A DNA stretch of 64,000 nt, from the IMG/VR virus record IMGVR_UViG_3300037418_003103; one strand, written 5' to 3'. A model generated the notes under the pieces. It saw nothing but the letters and a program-made list of their open reading frames with translations, was not told the DNA's origin and did no database searches. The translations under genes were made by a program, and so were the position numbers. The DNA comes from a virus (taxonomy: Duplodnaviria; Heunggongvirae; Uroviricota; Caudoviricetes). Shown here one piece after another: positions 27,279-37,512 of this stretch (position 1 is the stretch's first letter; each line of letters opens with the position of its first letter).

Positions 27279-27542
27279 TTAGTTTGAGCAAGTTTTATTT
27301 TCTTTAGATGATACAGTTATAATGGAATCCTCAAATACTTCTTCGAGCTTTGAAATTGTGAATAATGTAAAATTTTGAACACCATTTAGCCACTTGCTAA
27401 TTTCTGATTCCTTCTTACCTAATTTTTTTGCTAACTCTGATTGTTTTCCTTCAAATTTTTCGTCTAGAAGTTCATGTATTCGCTCTAATATGGACATTGA
27501 ATGTTCAACGTAATTATTAGCTCCTATAGTTGATTTATCCAT
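27279..27542 (-). CDS. XRE/Cro-type helix-turn-helix transcriptional regulator
   Basis: QSELAKKLGKKESEISKWLNG is a typical HTH_3 motif. Confidence 0.55.
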   Translation of the reverse strand: MDKSTIGANNYVEHSMSILERIHELLDEKFEGKQSELAKKLGKKESEISKWLNGVQNFTLFTISKLEEVFEDSIITVSSKENKTCSN

Positions 27543-27545
27543 AAT

Positions 27546-28166
27546 TTATTTATTATTTTCTTGATTCCAGCCATAATTACGCACCGTATTCTTAAAGATG
27601 CTCACAAGCTGATCTGATAAATGAAATCTGTTCTTATTAATATCAATACTTTTATCAATACTTCCTCCTTTGGTTCTCTCAGTTGCTGCCTTCCAATCCA
27701 TAAAGAGTTCAACAATATCCAGGAGATCCATCCCATTTATTCCAGGAATGAAATCAATGGCTGTTAATTCTGTCTCGTAGATAGCGTGTCCGCCAGAACA
27801 ATCCAAACAGAACCTAGTTCCAGTGTCCTTTGCAACCCATGTTTCAGATGTCTTCTTTTCTCTTTTACACATGGCACAATCCCATCTATCATAGTATTGT
27901 GGATGATGCGAATTATTATCGTAGTGATGTTGTAGTGCAACATTTAACTCATCAAGGCTTTCTTTATATTCAGGACTTCCATATTCCAGATTCTTTAAAA
28001 TTGGTGTCAACCTATCAAATTCGGACTTTTCAGGTTCCTGTAACTTAGAGGCATCATGGCAAGCTGCCCTATCCATTAAATCTTTAGAAAATCTAAGGAG
28101 AAGCTCATTAACTCTCTTTATATGTAAAAGAGTGTCGGCAGTACTATCGTATTTTGTATCAATCAT
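27546..28166 (-). CDS. conserved phage protein with HDxSK and His-rich motifs (DUF5662-like?)
   Basis: 206-aa ORF; ACHDASKL...HHYDNNSHHP; Cys pairs. Confidence 0.35.
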   Translation of the reverse strand: MIDTKYDSTADTLLHIKRVNELLLRFSKDLMDRAACHDASKLQEPEKSEFDRLTPILKNLEYGSPEYKESLDELNVALQHHYDNNSHHPQYYDRWDCAMCKREKKTSETWVAKDTGTRFCLDCSGGHAIYETELTAIDFIPGINGMDLLDIVELFMDWKAATERTKGGSIDKSIDINKNRFHLSDQLVSIFKNTVRNYGWNQENNK

Positions 28167-28196
28167 TTTGATAATTTATCTTGTATCTATAAAACT

Positions 28197-28508
28197 CTAT
28201 GACCAATCATCCCAGCCACAATCATAACAAACAGTAATGCCACCCGCGCCAACGGCATTTTCATGCTTGCAGTTTTGCCTTTTTAATTTCATGGCTTCTA
28301 AATCAGTAAAGCTTCTTGTTTCACTTAATAACCTCTTTTCATCGTGTTCAATATATTTTTCTGGCCATTCTTTTATATCCCAGGAATTTACTCCAAATTT
28401 GGAGTGATGAATACGGATCTTAGGAAACTTATAAATGCTTGATTGCTTGTGCTCCTCGTAGCCCACAACAATTCCTTTTTTTAATAATTCAAATGTAAAT
28501 GCTGTCAT
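28197..28508 (-). CDS. hypothetical protein, C-terminal zinc-ribbon
   Basis: 103-aa ORF; CKHE...CYDC. Confidence 0.45.
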   Translation of the reverse strand: MTAFTFELLKKGIVVGYEEHKQSSIYKFPKIRIHHSKFGVNSWDIKEWPEKYIEHDEKRLLSETRSFTDLEAMKLKRQNCKHENAVGAGGITVCYDCGWDDWS

Positions 28509-28608
28509 TTATTTTCTTTTTATAAATAAGATTCTTGTTTTAAAGAAACACTAATTAAATAAGTCCTTTTAGCTTTCCCAAAGCAAATAAATTATAATTT
28601 TTTTATAT

Positions 28609-29343
28609 TTAATCACTACAATCATATTTCCAGTATATCTTACAAATTGGACAACTGACTGTATTTTCACTGCCTCTTTGATTATGTTGCACCTCTATTC
28701 TCCTATGTTTTTGCTCAATACACTCTACATATTCTTCTTTGGTGTATCCAAAGCTTCGTTTAGGTTTTTCTCCCTTAGAAGCATCTCCTGTTGTTTGATT
28801 ACCGTCCTCATCAAAGTAAACGTGCTTCCATCCATTTTGCCAGCCCAGGAATTTATACCCGTTAGCTTTGTAGTCATAATTGGCATCCTTCTTATGAGTT
28901 TCTTTAAATAGAATATTTTCATCATAAGCTGCCTTTATTTCAATAGCCGCTACTTCAGCATCCTCTCTAGAAAGGAACGCCTCTTTTTTTTCTAAAACAG
29001 CCATGATTGGAATGGCTGTCTTTGCTGTATACTCTTTACCATCAGTATCAATTGACCATACGTAAGAATATTCAAAGTATGCTCTTTCGGCTTTAAAACC
29101 TATATCACTTTTATACAAATTTTCAATCGTTTCTACATCTCTTTTACTTGGTTTACTGATACAAAAAAGATGAGGCTCAAAAGAGTAATATCTGCTAATT
29201 ACTAGACATTTATTAACGCCTCCTTTAAAATTAACCATATAGAATTCAGATGGTGTTACAGGACTAATTGAGTCTAAAAAAGCACTAGCTCTCTGTTCTA
29301 ATAATTTTTTATAGTAATTCCATTTTTCTAAATTGGTTCTCAT
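28609..29343 (-). CDS. hypothetical protein
   Basis: 244-aa ORF. Confidence 0.55.
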   Translation of the reverse strand: MRTNLEKWNYYKKLLEQRASAFLDSISPVTPSEFYMVNFKGGVNKCLVISRYYSFEPHLFCISKPSKRDVETIENLYKSDIGFKAERAYFEYSYVWSIDTDGKEYTAKTAIPIMAVLEKKEAFLSREDAEVAAIEIKAAYDENILFKETHKKDANYDYKANGYKFLGWQNGWKHVYFDEDGNQTTGDASKGEKPKRSFGYTKEEYVECIEQKHRRIEVQHNQRGSENTVSCPICKIYWKYDCSD

Positions 29344-29366
29344 GATATTAATTTTTATTTAGTGTT

Positions 29367-29558
29367 TTACTTTGGCCCTGTATCATTATCTGATAGCCTC
29401 TTTTGGGTGAGTGTTCCGCATTTTGGACAACGCCACATTTTATTATCACTAGTCCCATACTTGGTATGAAACAACTCACAATACAATGTGTCATCCAACA
29501 AGCGTAATAAAATTTTTTTCACCTTAATTAACTTTAAAAATGCCATCTTTAAATCCAT
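29367..29558 (-). CDS. hypothetical small zinc-ribbon protein
   Basis: 63-aa ORF; CELF...CPKCG. Confidence 0.35.
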   Translation of the reverse strand: MDLKMAFLKLIKVKKILLRLLDDTLYCELFHTKYGTSDNKMWRCPKCGTLTQKRLSDNDTGPK

Positions 29559-29937
29559 GATTCTTCCAATGTTTAAAATACGTTTTTATGTGTTTATCAA
29601 AATCAAAATTTTTGCCAGATATTTTAGCTTTTAAGGCAGCCTGGATTGTTCCACTCATATCATCAGCATGGAAGATGTTTCTATCATTAAACCATTTCAC
29701 TAGGGCTGGTTTTTCTTGTGGATACTCTGTATTTGGATCTTTTTCATATTGTCTTTTTGCCGCATCTTCAGACCACCATAAATTAAGTTCATTTCTAATA
29801 GAGGTTCCGAAGCCATGATGGGGCATCAAACTATCAATGTTAGTATCATCTACGTTATTGCTTTTACGATACTCTTCCGTATCTCTATACAGAAGATCAA
29901 CTACTTCATCTAAATCTTTGGGTGAATTAAAACTCAT
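29524..29937 (-). CDS. hypothetical protein
   Basis: 137-aa ORF. Confidence 0.5.
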   Translation of the reverse strand: MSFNSPKDLDEVVDLLYRDTEEYRKSNNVDDTNIDSLMPHHGFGTSIRNELNLWWSEDAAKRQYEKDPNTEYPQEKPALVKWFNDRNIFHADDMSGTIQAALKAKISGKNFDFDKHIKTYFKHWKNHGFKDGIFKVN

Positions 29938-29944
29938 GTTATTT

Positions 29945-30229
29945 TTATTTATTAATTTTTAGATATTCTAAGAATGCTTCAGGCTTCCAGCAAGAGCCTG
30001 ATACGCCATATATTTTAAACGCACTAATTTTTGGCTTTACATAAATGTCAGGACATAGGTTACTCCAATACCCAGGATTATATTCTACATCGGAAATAAA
30101 GGCTTTCTCCCCTTTTTCATGGGTTATTTGCCCACTTATGCAAATTATATCAGAGGCAAACGTTACCTCTTGTCCTATTAACTCATAAAAACATTCATGC
30201 GTTTCACTAGCTTTTTCTAATAATTTCAT
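29945..30229 (-). CDS. hypothetical protein
   Basis: 94-aa ORF. Confidence 0.45.
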   Translation of the reverse strand: MKLLEKASETHECFYELIGQEVTFASDIICISGQITHEKGEKAFISDVEYNPGYWSNLCPDIYVKPKISAFKIYGVSGSCWKPEAFLEYLKINK

Positions 30230-30307
30230 TTATGTCTTAAATTATTCTTAATTACTTAAACAATTCATCTCATCAACATACTTAATAGTATATTATAAAA
30301 ATTAAAA

Positions 30308-30523
30308 TTATATTATACAACCCATACCCTTGTATTCCTCTTTTCCGCAGCTACAGCATTTATGTAGTTCATACCAACAAATCATGTCCCCTGGATCTGG
30401 ATTGGGGAGGGGATTAGAATCAATATTTATCCAATTATGAAAGCCAAACTTACATCTCAAACGGATAATTAAAGATTTATACTTTCTTTGTAGCGAAAGA
30501 TATGTCTTTTTATTTATAATCAT
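30308..30523 (-). CDS. hypothetical Cys-rich protein
   Basis: 71-aa ORF. Confidence 0.4.
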   Translation of the reverse strand: MIINKKTYLSLQRKYKSLIIRLRCKFGFHNWINIDSNPLPNPDPGDMICWYELHKCCSCGKEEYKGMGCII

Positions 30524-30542
30524 AGTGTTTTACTTATATTAT

Positions 30543-30818
30543 TCAAAAGCCGTCAAATTCTGGCATTTTATCAAGTTCAGATTGTGTATAAATTTCTTCT
30601 ACAGCAATTGAATACTCCACTGGAGAACCATTTAATTCAGCTACCTCCAACTCACTTCTAAGCGTTTCAATAATTCCATCTAAAGATGAATCCACTAAAA
30701 AGCACCCTGCATCAAGTGATAAGCGGTAAGTTCTAACCTTCTTGTTATCAATCCCTAAATCGTCACACATGTTATTATTTTTTAAGTTTAAAAAGATTTG
30801 AAAAAAATAAACTTTCAC
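30543..30818 (-). CDS. hypothetical protein
   Basis: 91-aa ORF. Confidence 0.4.
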   Translation of the reverse strand: MKVYFFQIFLNLKNNNMCDDLGIDNKKVRTYRLSLDAGCFLVDSSLDGIIETLRSELEVAELNGSPVEYSIAVEEIYTQSELDKMPEFDGF

Positions 30819-31008
30819 TTATACCTTTAAGCCAAATCCTAGTCCAATATAGCTCAACAGATTTGTACTCCTTTTTAGTCCAGTAAGTTTTATCATATTT
30901 AGGCACTTGGCTCATGTCGATATCCAAAACCTCATATTCATGGCCAACCTTAATTATTTTATTTCCACTTAATACAATTCCACTAAGGCCTAAGGTCTCC
31001 ATCGTCAT
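30775..31008 (-). CDS. hypothetical protein
   Basis: 77-aa ORF. Confidence 0.35.
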   Translation of the reverse strand: MTMETLGLSGIVLSGNKIIKVGHEYEVLDIDMSQVPKYDKTYWTKKEYKSVELYWTRIWLKGISESLFFSNLFKLKK

Positions 31009-31058
31009 CCTTGGCGATGCAAATAACGATGTCGCCTTTTTTGATCATAGTTAAGCGC

Positions 31059-31310
31059 TTAATTATTAGTAAAGGTTTTCTTAATTCCAAGGAATTCAAT
31101 CCACTCATCAAAGTGTTGTTCTCCGAAAAGCGCAATATAACCATATTCCATACAGCTGGTTTCAATAACTTCCTTATTTTCAATCCTTACTGGGAAACCA
31201 TAGTTTTTTACAGTATCATCACCTCGCTGCATTTTCTCTAATAGTCTTCCAAATTCCACGCCATTGGTAAATGATTGACTTTGATCTTTAAATTTTATTT
31301 GTAATTCCAT
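31059..31310 (-). CDS. hypothetical protein
   Basis: 83-aa ORF; overlaps alternative ORF 30983-31183 in another frame. Confidence 0.4.
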   Translation of the reverse strand: MELQIKFKDQSQSFTNGVEFGRLLEKMQRGDDTVKNYGFPVRIENKEVIETSCMEYGYIALFGEQHFDEWIEFLGIKKTFTNN

Positions 31311-31311
31311 T

Positions 31312-31668
31312 TTATTTATCCTTTGAATCAGGATTTACGGGCATTAGGTTATCTGAATAAACATAATCTATATCCTCTTTTTCAAGGGCCTCCATCAAAA
31401 GTTTATCCATATCCTCTCCTTTGCATGAAAAATACAAAAACGCAGTGGATAACAATCCAATAAAACTTTCTTTAGTAAGCCATAAATTAGTTTGTGCATT
31501 TCTTACTGTTGATGCTGGGTTTTCAACCATCACTACCAGACTACCATCTTCAATCCCACCGACGGTAACAAATCTATTATCTTTAAACTTTGCTTGCACA
31601 AAGTCAATTATTTCCATTTCTCTTTGGTCTGTAGACCCGTACCCAACTGTTATTTTACCTCTTGACAT
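31312..31668 (-). CDS. hypothetical protein
   Basis: 118-aa ORF. Confidence 0.5.
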   Translation of the reverse strand: MSRGKITVGYGSTDQREMEIIDFVQAKFKDNRFVTVGGIEDGSLVVMVENPASTVRNAQTNLWLTKESFIGLLSTAFLYFSCKGEDMDKLLMEALEKEDIDYVYSDNLMPVNPDSKDK

Positions 31669-31681
31669 GTATTTCAGTATT

Positions 31682-32233
31682 TTATAAAGTTTTTAAATCC
31701 TCAAAAAGATCCCAATGGTCGCTTTGTTTTAATAAATTATAGGGAGGATAGTATTCTTCCCCGTCCTCGTTAATACTTAGTTCATCTGATTCCCAGGCGT
31801 CACCATTCACTGAGGTTTGATTCCACGCAATAGCTATCAAATCATCATCAGTTTTGTAAGCGTATTCAATTAAATCAGCTTGTTCTTTTAATGATGTTCC
31901 ACCTTCAAACTCCCTGAATGATTTAATAATTTCTGGAATATATTCTTTCATAACAACTACGTTATCAAATGTGGTACCTAAGACAAGTCTATCCGTATAA
32001 GAAATTTTATTCCCATCAAACAGACTCCATATTTCTTTGATTCCACCTCCCATAAAATCAGTTATGCGACTATAATCAGAGTGGCCAAAAGACCATGAAG
32101 GCTTATACTTTGGCAAGTACTTATTCTCAAGTATCTGCCAAATAGACATTGCACCACGAAAAGCGTTTTTTACTTCAGCAAGGCACTGAGCTTCACCATT
32201 CTTTTTAAATTTGTAAATTTCTGTATAGGACAT
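31682..32233 (-). CDS. hypothetical protein
   Basis: 183-aa ORF. Confidence 0.55.
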   Translation of the reverse strand: MSYTEIYKFKKNGEAQCLAEVKNAFRGAMSIWQILENKYLPKYKPSWSFGHSDYSRITDFMGGGIKEIWSLFDGNKISYTDRLVLGTTFDNVVVMKEYIPEIIKSFREFEGGTSLKEQADLIEYAYKTDDDLIAIAWNQTSVNGDAWESDELSINEDGEEYYPPYNLLKQSDHWDLFEDLKTL

Positions 32234-32243
32234 ATGTTAAGTT

Positions 32244-32540
32244 TTAATAAAAATCATCATTTAAAAATCTTTCAGCTTCTTTTATTAGATCCTTCTCAGT
32301 CAACAGTTCAAAACCATCTCTGCGTTTATCAGTATCTAAATAAAAAGATTTAATCTTCTCAATTGCTTCATTAGCTTCAGTAACAGCGTGAGTGAAATGA
32401 CAAGGGTTATTATTTTTAATGGTATTAACATGAAGCAACGCGGCTGCCTCCATTGACCTGCATATTGACATATAAACCGAAAACATATCCACATTAAATG
32501 CATCCGAATCATATGCTAACTGTATTTTCATAATAAACAA
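32244..32540 (-). CDS. hypothetical protein
   Basis: 98-aa ORF. Confidence 0.45.
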   Translation of the reverse strand: MFIMKIQLAYDSDAFNVDMFSVYMSICRSMEAAALLHVNTIKNNNPCHFTHAVTEANEAIEKIKSFYLDTDKRRDGFELLTEKDLIKEAERFLNDDFY

Positions 32541-32595
32541 TATTATACTTTAATTTTTATGCAAAAATACAATTTAATTCCTATAATAACAAGTA

Positions 32596-32946
32596 TTATT
32601 TTATATTATCTGCAAAGGTTAAAATATCTGAAACGACGCTTATCAAACCCTTATTCCCAAACTCGTCAATGTGACTTATATTTGCCTCAAAATCGTCATG
32701 ACCAATAATTTTAATTGACAAGCACAAATATGCGTTGTTAAGGAACAAAACACAAATCTTGAACTTACATCTATTATTTAGCTGAAAAAAGATAGTATTT
32801 GACTCGCTACTCAGATTAACCTTTTTTTCTGCTTTTGAATAAGATACCAGGAAAGACCATAGGCTGTCCATAACAAATTTCCATTTATTTAGTAAAGTCA
32901 ATGGTATGCCCATATCCTTAGCGTCTTTTTTTGTAAACTCTGGCAT
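32596..32946 (-). CDS. hypothetical protein
   Basis: 116-aa ORF. Confidence 0.45.
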   Translation of the reverse strand: MPEFTKKDAKDMGIPLTLLNKWKFVMDSLWSFLVSYSKAEKKVNLSSESNTIFFQLNNRCKFKICVLFLNNAYLCLSIKIIGHDDFEANISHIDEFGNKGLISVVSDILTFADNIK

Positions 32947-32951
32947 AAATA

Positions 32952-33263
32952 TTATAGTATATTGGTTTCACGAGTAATATCTTTAGTTGTTATAACAATT
33001 AATGAGTTACTCTCAATAATCGCTAAAGGCGTATCTATATGTAAATGCCCCATTACCCTACTAATGCCAATTCTTAATTTGACTATATAGTTATTAAGTT
33101 TTTCTAGTTCCTGACTCTTTGCTTGTATTTCTTCTTTATATTTGAAATACTCGTTAGAAAGTTGCTCTATTAACTCTTTTCCTTTTGATTTATCTCCTGC
33201 TACTAACTCAGAAATATTTTCAATGCTTAAATCTAATTTATCAAAAATTTCCGTCTTGTTCAT
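32952..33263 (-). CDS. hypothetical coiled-coil protein
   Basis: 103-aa ORF. Confidence 0.45.
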   Translation of the reverse strand: MNKTEIFDKLDLSIENISELVAGDKSKGKELIEQLSNEYFKYKEEIQAKSQELEKLNNYIVKLRIGISRVMGHLHIDTPLAIIESNSLIVITTKDITRETNIL

Positions 33264-33274
33264 TTTTTTTAATT

Positions 33275-33613
33275 TTAAAATTCATTATTAAGAGAGACTT
33301 CTTCTGTCAAAGAAATAACCATATTAGCCAAATCTAATATTGTTTTGCTATCTCCATCAGTATGATACATCCTGGATTTACACTTTTTAATTACTTCCAG
33401 TGCTCTGTTTCTACAGTCTAGCTTTAACTTGTGATTGTAAACGCGTGAAACGCCTTTAATAGGCATCCATGACTTTTGTATTACATTATTTATTCCGCCT
33501 GAATAATCTCCTTCAAGTTCTAACTCGTTCTTTCTAATTCCTACTATGATCAATGGTTCTCCATGATCATAAACATTTCTATGATAAACAGTCTGGCCTA
33601 TTTTGAAATCCAT
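33275..33613 (-). CDS. hypothetical protein
   Basis: 112-aa ORF. Confidence 0.5.
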   Translation of the reverse strand: MDFKIGQTVYHRNVYDHGEPLIIVGIRKNELELEGDYSGGINNVIQKSWMPIKGVSRVYNHKLKLDCRNRALEVIKKCKSRMYHTDGDSKTILDLANMVISLTEEVSLNNEF

Positions 33614-33712
33614 AAATTATTTTAATTTTTTATAAATGCTTAAAATACTAGCACTTAATCGTTTCATATTCTTAATTTAAACAAACATACTACTTAAAAT
33701 AATAACTTCAAA

Positions 33713-34291
33713 CTATAATTTTTGTAATTTAAAATCTTCTTCGTCAGACGGTTCCAATTCAAATATTGGCTGAAAATGATCATATTTTAAACTGTATCCT
33801 TTTGGGTTAAATCCCTCTAATTTCAGGATGGCTGGTACAATATCTCCTTCCCTCCAGTATCCTCTGTATTTAATTACCTTAACAAATTTTACCGTAATTA
33901 AGTCATCAATAGTTCTTTTCTCCCACCACTCCATGCGCCTGAATACCTTTGGATAACGTTCTGGATTATCAACACAGGGAACTCCAACAGACATAAAGCC
34001 ACATCTTCCAGTACGTCTATAAGTCATAATACCATTCACATTCAAGTGTTCTAAAATGTCGCCTTCAATTAAAATACGTGCATTCTCCTCATCATCTTTA
34101 ACAAGTCTCTGAGGATAGTTGGCTATAACCATATACCTGGGCCTAAGCCATTCTTTTTTTGTCATAATGCTATTATTGTGTAATATCTTTAACTTCCCAG
34201 TAAATTCTGCAAACATCGCTAAAGTCTTCTTCCTCCCAGCATCCGCATCTACAGCTTGTGTCATCCTGCCAGGCCATAAATCTCCCATCAT
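33713..34291 (-). CDS. hypothetical protein
   Basis: 192-aa ORF; the 5' end overlaps a Cys-rich ORF, so the true start is probably an internal Met. Confidence 0.5.
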   Translation of the reverse strand: MMGDLWPGRMTQAVDADAGRKKTLAMFAEFTGKLKILHNNSIMTKKEWLRPRYMVIANYPQRLVKDDEENARILIEGDILEHLNVNGIMTYRRTGRCGFMSVGVPCVDNPERYPKVFRRMEWWEKRTIDDLITVKFVKVIKYRGYWREGDIVPAILKLEGFNPKGYSLKYDHFQPIFELEPSDEEDFKLQKL

Positions 34292-34397
34292 CTGTCATAC
34301 ATACATGGTGATCATAATGTCCTTCTTTCTTTAAACAACCACTAGAATCGTTAAAATTACTTTTCATGAAAAAGATACCGCATAATGAATCATTCAT
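34173..34397 (-). CDS. possible Cys-rich small protein
   Basis: 74-aa ORF overlapping the previous gene in another frame. Confidence 0.3.
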   Translation of the reverse strand: MNDSLCGIFFMKSNFNDSSGCLKKEGHYDHHVCMTDDGRFMAWQDDTSCRCGCWEEEDFSDVCRIYWEVKDITQ

Positions 34398-34407
34398 ACT
34401 AGTAATT

Positions 34408-34674
34408 TTAAATAGCTTCTATAATTTTTAATATCTCTGACGCTGCATCAAGTTTGAAATAGTTTTCTTTCCATTTAGCGGAACAAAAATTTATTTCTTC
34501 TTCTCTCTTTTCTTCAAATTGCTCATCAGTGAAACACTTCCTGTTATTAGTCCTACGTCTCCATTCCTCTTGATGTTGAATGTAAGCATTCTTTTCCTTA
34601 GTATAGTCCGCTATTTTATCCTTCACCAAGGAAATTAATTTCCACTTAATGTAAAGTTTATAAATTTTAAACAT
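34408..34674 (-). CDS. hypothetical protein
   Basis: 88-aa ORF. Confidence 0.45.
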   Translation of the reverse strand: MFKIYKLYIKWKLISLVKDKIADYTKEKNAYIQHQEEWRRRTNNRKCFTDEQFEEKREEEINFCSAKWKENYFKLDAASEILKIIEAI

Positions 34675-34876
34675 TATGAATTACATTTTAAAATACTTTC
34701 TTCATAGTCCATCCAAAGTTTTTCAGACGTGCGACCTGCAATGACTTGGTTGTTCAACCAATTCAAATAAGTCCTTGCCTACTGAGCAGCAAATACACTC
34801 ATGGCTTCCTTTATGTATGGCAGAATATTATTGTTTAATGGCCAAGGCATTTCATCCTTTGTTCGGTAGCGTAATA

Positions 34877-35395
34877 TCATATAGCAGCAATTGATTTCAT
34901 TCTTTTAATAAATTCAGCATAATCTTTGTCAGTTTCTATTTTCTGACAAATATTTTTTTCGCTACAAATAATATAAGTAGGCAGCCCAAATAACACACCT
35001 TCTACACGAATATTCAGACCGTCCCTAAATGGCAGATCTAATTTATTGTTGTGGTTCATGCTTTCAAATTTTCCGTCGCCACCATTGGACGTTGTTTGAG
35101 AAAAGGGAATAAACAGAAGCATATTATTATCTATATCAGAAAAATGTTTGTACACCAAACCATAGATCCACTCTACTGAATACCAGTTATTTTTTGACAC
35201 TCGTCTGAGTCTCATCTCTAAACGCGGAAAGGGCATTTGTCGTGAAAACTCATCGTTTTCAAAAGCAGAGTGCAACTGCCAACTCAAACGGTTTAGATCA
35301 AATTGATCCTTAATTGTTTCAATTTCTTGTTCTAGCCTTGAAATTTGCCTTTCCTTCTCTTCAATTAATTCATTTAAACGCTCTTCTAATTTCAT
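34877..35395 (-). CDS. hypothetical protein with N-terminal coiled coil
   Basis: 172-aa ORF. Confidence 0.5.
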   Translation of the reverse strand: MKLEERLNELIEEKERQISRLEQEIETIKDQFDLNRLSWQLHSAFENDEFSRQMPFPRLEMRLRRVSKNNWYSVEWIYGLVYKHFSDIDNNMLLFIPFSQTTSNGGDGKFESMNHNNKLDLPFRDGLNIRVEGVLFGLPTYIICSEKNICQKIETDKDYAEFIKRMKSIAAI

Positions 35396-35625
35396 ACTTG
35401 TTTATTTTTAATAATTTTATTCAGGACCGACTCAGCGAAGTGTTTTGCCCCCAAATCGCCTCCTCTAACAGGAGAATATTTCCAACAATCATCAATAATA
35501 TGACCATCTTTTGATACGTTCCAATATGCTAATCCAAAGGCAGCGCCCACTTTTATATTAATTTGATAGCCATCCTTTTCGCCTATGAATGTTGTGCTAT
35601 CAATCATTTTCCAATTAACTGACAT
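35392..35625 (-). CDS. hypothetical protein
   Basis: 77-aa ORF. Confidence 0.45.
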   Translation of the reverse strand: MSVNWKMIDSTTFIGEKDGYQINIKVGAAFGLAYWNVSKDGHIIDDCWKYSPVRGGDLGAKHFAESVLNKIIKNKQV

Positions 35626-35628
35626 AAT

Positions 35629-36030
35629 TTATGAAAATATTTTTATTATCCTTGATTTTAATTCAGTATTAAAGACGTTTTGGAAATCCATTAAATCTGC
35701 TTCTTCAGAATCAATTCTTTCTGGCAACTTTTGCTTAACGCCTCTTTTTATAGCCAAAATTCTCTCTCTTTCTTCTTGAAAAGTCCTCCCTGTTTTATTG
35801 TGTTCACCACCAAAATTGGTGTACTCATATGTCGTACACATTCCTTTATGTATGATAACATCGTAACCCCAAGTATTAAGTAATTGCTGCGTTTCTTCAA
35901 TGGTAAAATTTGGAAATTTAAAGTCACCCCAACATCTAGTTATTCTAGAGTATTCTTTGTTTGATATCATGAATTTTTTAATTACGTTTAGTATTATTTG
36001 CCAACATATAAGTCCCATAAAGTAAAACAA
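35629..36030 (-). CDS. hypothetical protein
   Basis: 133-aa ORF. Confidence 0.5.
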   Translation of the reverse strand: MFYFMGLICWQIILNVIKKFMISNKEYSRITRCWGDFKFPNFTIEETQQLLNTWGYDVIIHKGMCTTYEYTNFGGEHNKTGRTFQEERERILAIKRGVKQKLPERIDSEEADLMDFQNVFNTELKSRIIKIFS

Positions 36031-36245
36031 ACCTTATCACCCTTCTGAACATTATTATACATAGCAGAAGAAACAGGAACATTTATTAATTTTTTAACTC
36101 TGTCATTGTAGAAAACAATATTATATACGCCATCATTATTTTCATTCAAGGTATACTTATGAGTTACCTTACCACAGTACCTATGTTTTAGCTCACAACC
36201 TGTTAATAGCACAGCTACCAGTATTACACTTAATATTTTAATCAT
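35994..36245 (-). CDS. putative lipoprotein
   Basis: signal peptide MIKILSVILVAVLLTGC with lipobox LTGC. Confidence 0.5.
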   Translation of the reverse strand: MIKILSVILVAVLLTGCELKHRYCGKVTHKYTLNENNDGVYNIVFYNDRVKKLINVPVSSAMYNNVQKGDKVCFTLWDLYVGK

Positions 36246-36423
36246 TTAATTTATTTATAAACCTTACTCTTCAGTTTTAATTGTTCTGTCAGTATATGAG
36301 TCACTGAATTCTTTTAAAGCCTTAGCCAATGCTTCTTCCTTTGCGTTACGATAAAATTCTACGTCATCAGGTGAATACCATTTAAGAATTATTTTAGCCT
36401 CTTCTTGTGTTAATTTAAACATA

Positions 36424-37020
36424 TTAATTATTTTTTATTATAGAATATGCGGAGTCATAGAATTCAAGAAAATCTTTAACTAGTACCTTCCGCCAATTAT
36501 CAAATTTTTTCTCTGCTATTATTTCATCGCTGAATACTCTTCTTAGCATAAGAATTACACTTCCATCTTCATTAAATTTAGCTGGCCTTGGCCTTAATTC
36601 GTAACAATGGCGTCTTTTATAACAAGCATTAAACCACTTATCATCAAATTGCCATTGCTTATCTGTCCATTTCCAATTGGGGAAGGTATCAGTTAATGTT
36701 AAGGGTAAATTAAATATTCCAACATTACTCCACCAGCACAAATCTCCATCCTCTATGCTCTCAAGCAAATATTCTGTTGAAAATCTATTATCAGACGGTC
36801 TAATTTCCTTTAGCCAACCTAAATAAAATTTTGATGTGGGAGCTGACTGTAACATGCAAAGACTACCTATCGGCGGATCTTGTCTGTTAAGATAAGATCC
36901 ATGAAATGATCTATCCTTATCGTTAAGTGAAAACGAGTCTCCAAAGCATTTTACAGTACAGAAGTTGATGATGTAGTTTAGTATCTCAATTCGTGACCTA
37001 CGTCTATTTTCTCCAGTCAT
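36424..37020 (-). CDS. hypothetical protein
   Basis: 198-aa ORF. Confidence 0.55.
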   Translation of the reverse strand: MTGENRRRSRIEILNYIINFCTVKCFGDSFSLNDKDRSFHGSYLNRQDPPIGSLCMLQSAPTSKFYLGWLKEIRPSDNRFSTEYLLESIEDGDLCWWSNVGIFNLPLTLTDTFPNWKWTDKQWQFDDKWFNACYKRRHCYELRPRPAKFNEDGSVILMLRRVFSDEIIAEKKFDNWRKVLVKDFLEFYDSAYSIIKNN

Positions 37021-37030
37021 TTTTGTTATT

Positions 37031-37510
37031 TTATGAATTATGAAAAACAGGAATAGTACAATTAACCAGCGCCCAATCGACCCAATACCTTAACCACTCA
37101 AGACGTGTTGCATAGTTATTCTCCTCAGGCCAGTCTGGATCGTCGAATATACCCTCCTTTTCATTTATCTTTGGCGAATATCCTGCCTTAGCATTTGGGT
37201 ATTTTTCATAAAAATTTTTATATGCTTCATCAATAATTTCCTTGTGTTCAGGAACTAAGACAGTGCATCCAGGGTGGTTAAGTATTAATCCTGTCTCTTT
37301 ATTATACATTAAATCCTCTAAACCAACAAATCTCATTGCGTTGTGCCAGCTCGTATAAGAAGGCCATCTCATATTTGTAAAATCAGTCGGTTCACCGTAA
37401 GCTGGCGCATCGTCATTGCGTTTAACTTCAGCACGGTTATTTATGCGACTATATAATTCATCATAATAGATATCAGTTTTTAATTCTCCGATTGTTAAAT
37501 TGTATCCCAT
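37031..37510 (-). CDS. hypothetical protein
   Basis: 159-aa ORF. Confidence 0.55.
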   Translation of the reverse strand: MGYNLTIGELKTDIYYDELYSRINNRAEVKRNDDAPAYGEPTDFTNMRWPSYTSWHNAMRFVGLEDLMYNKETGLILNHPGCTVLVPEHKEIIDEAYKNFYEKYPNAKAGYSPKINEKEGIFDDPDWPEENNYATRLEWLRYWVDWALVNCTIPVFHNS

Positions 37511-37512
37511 CT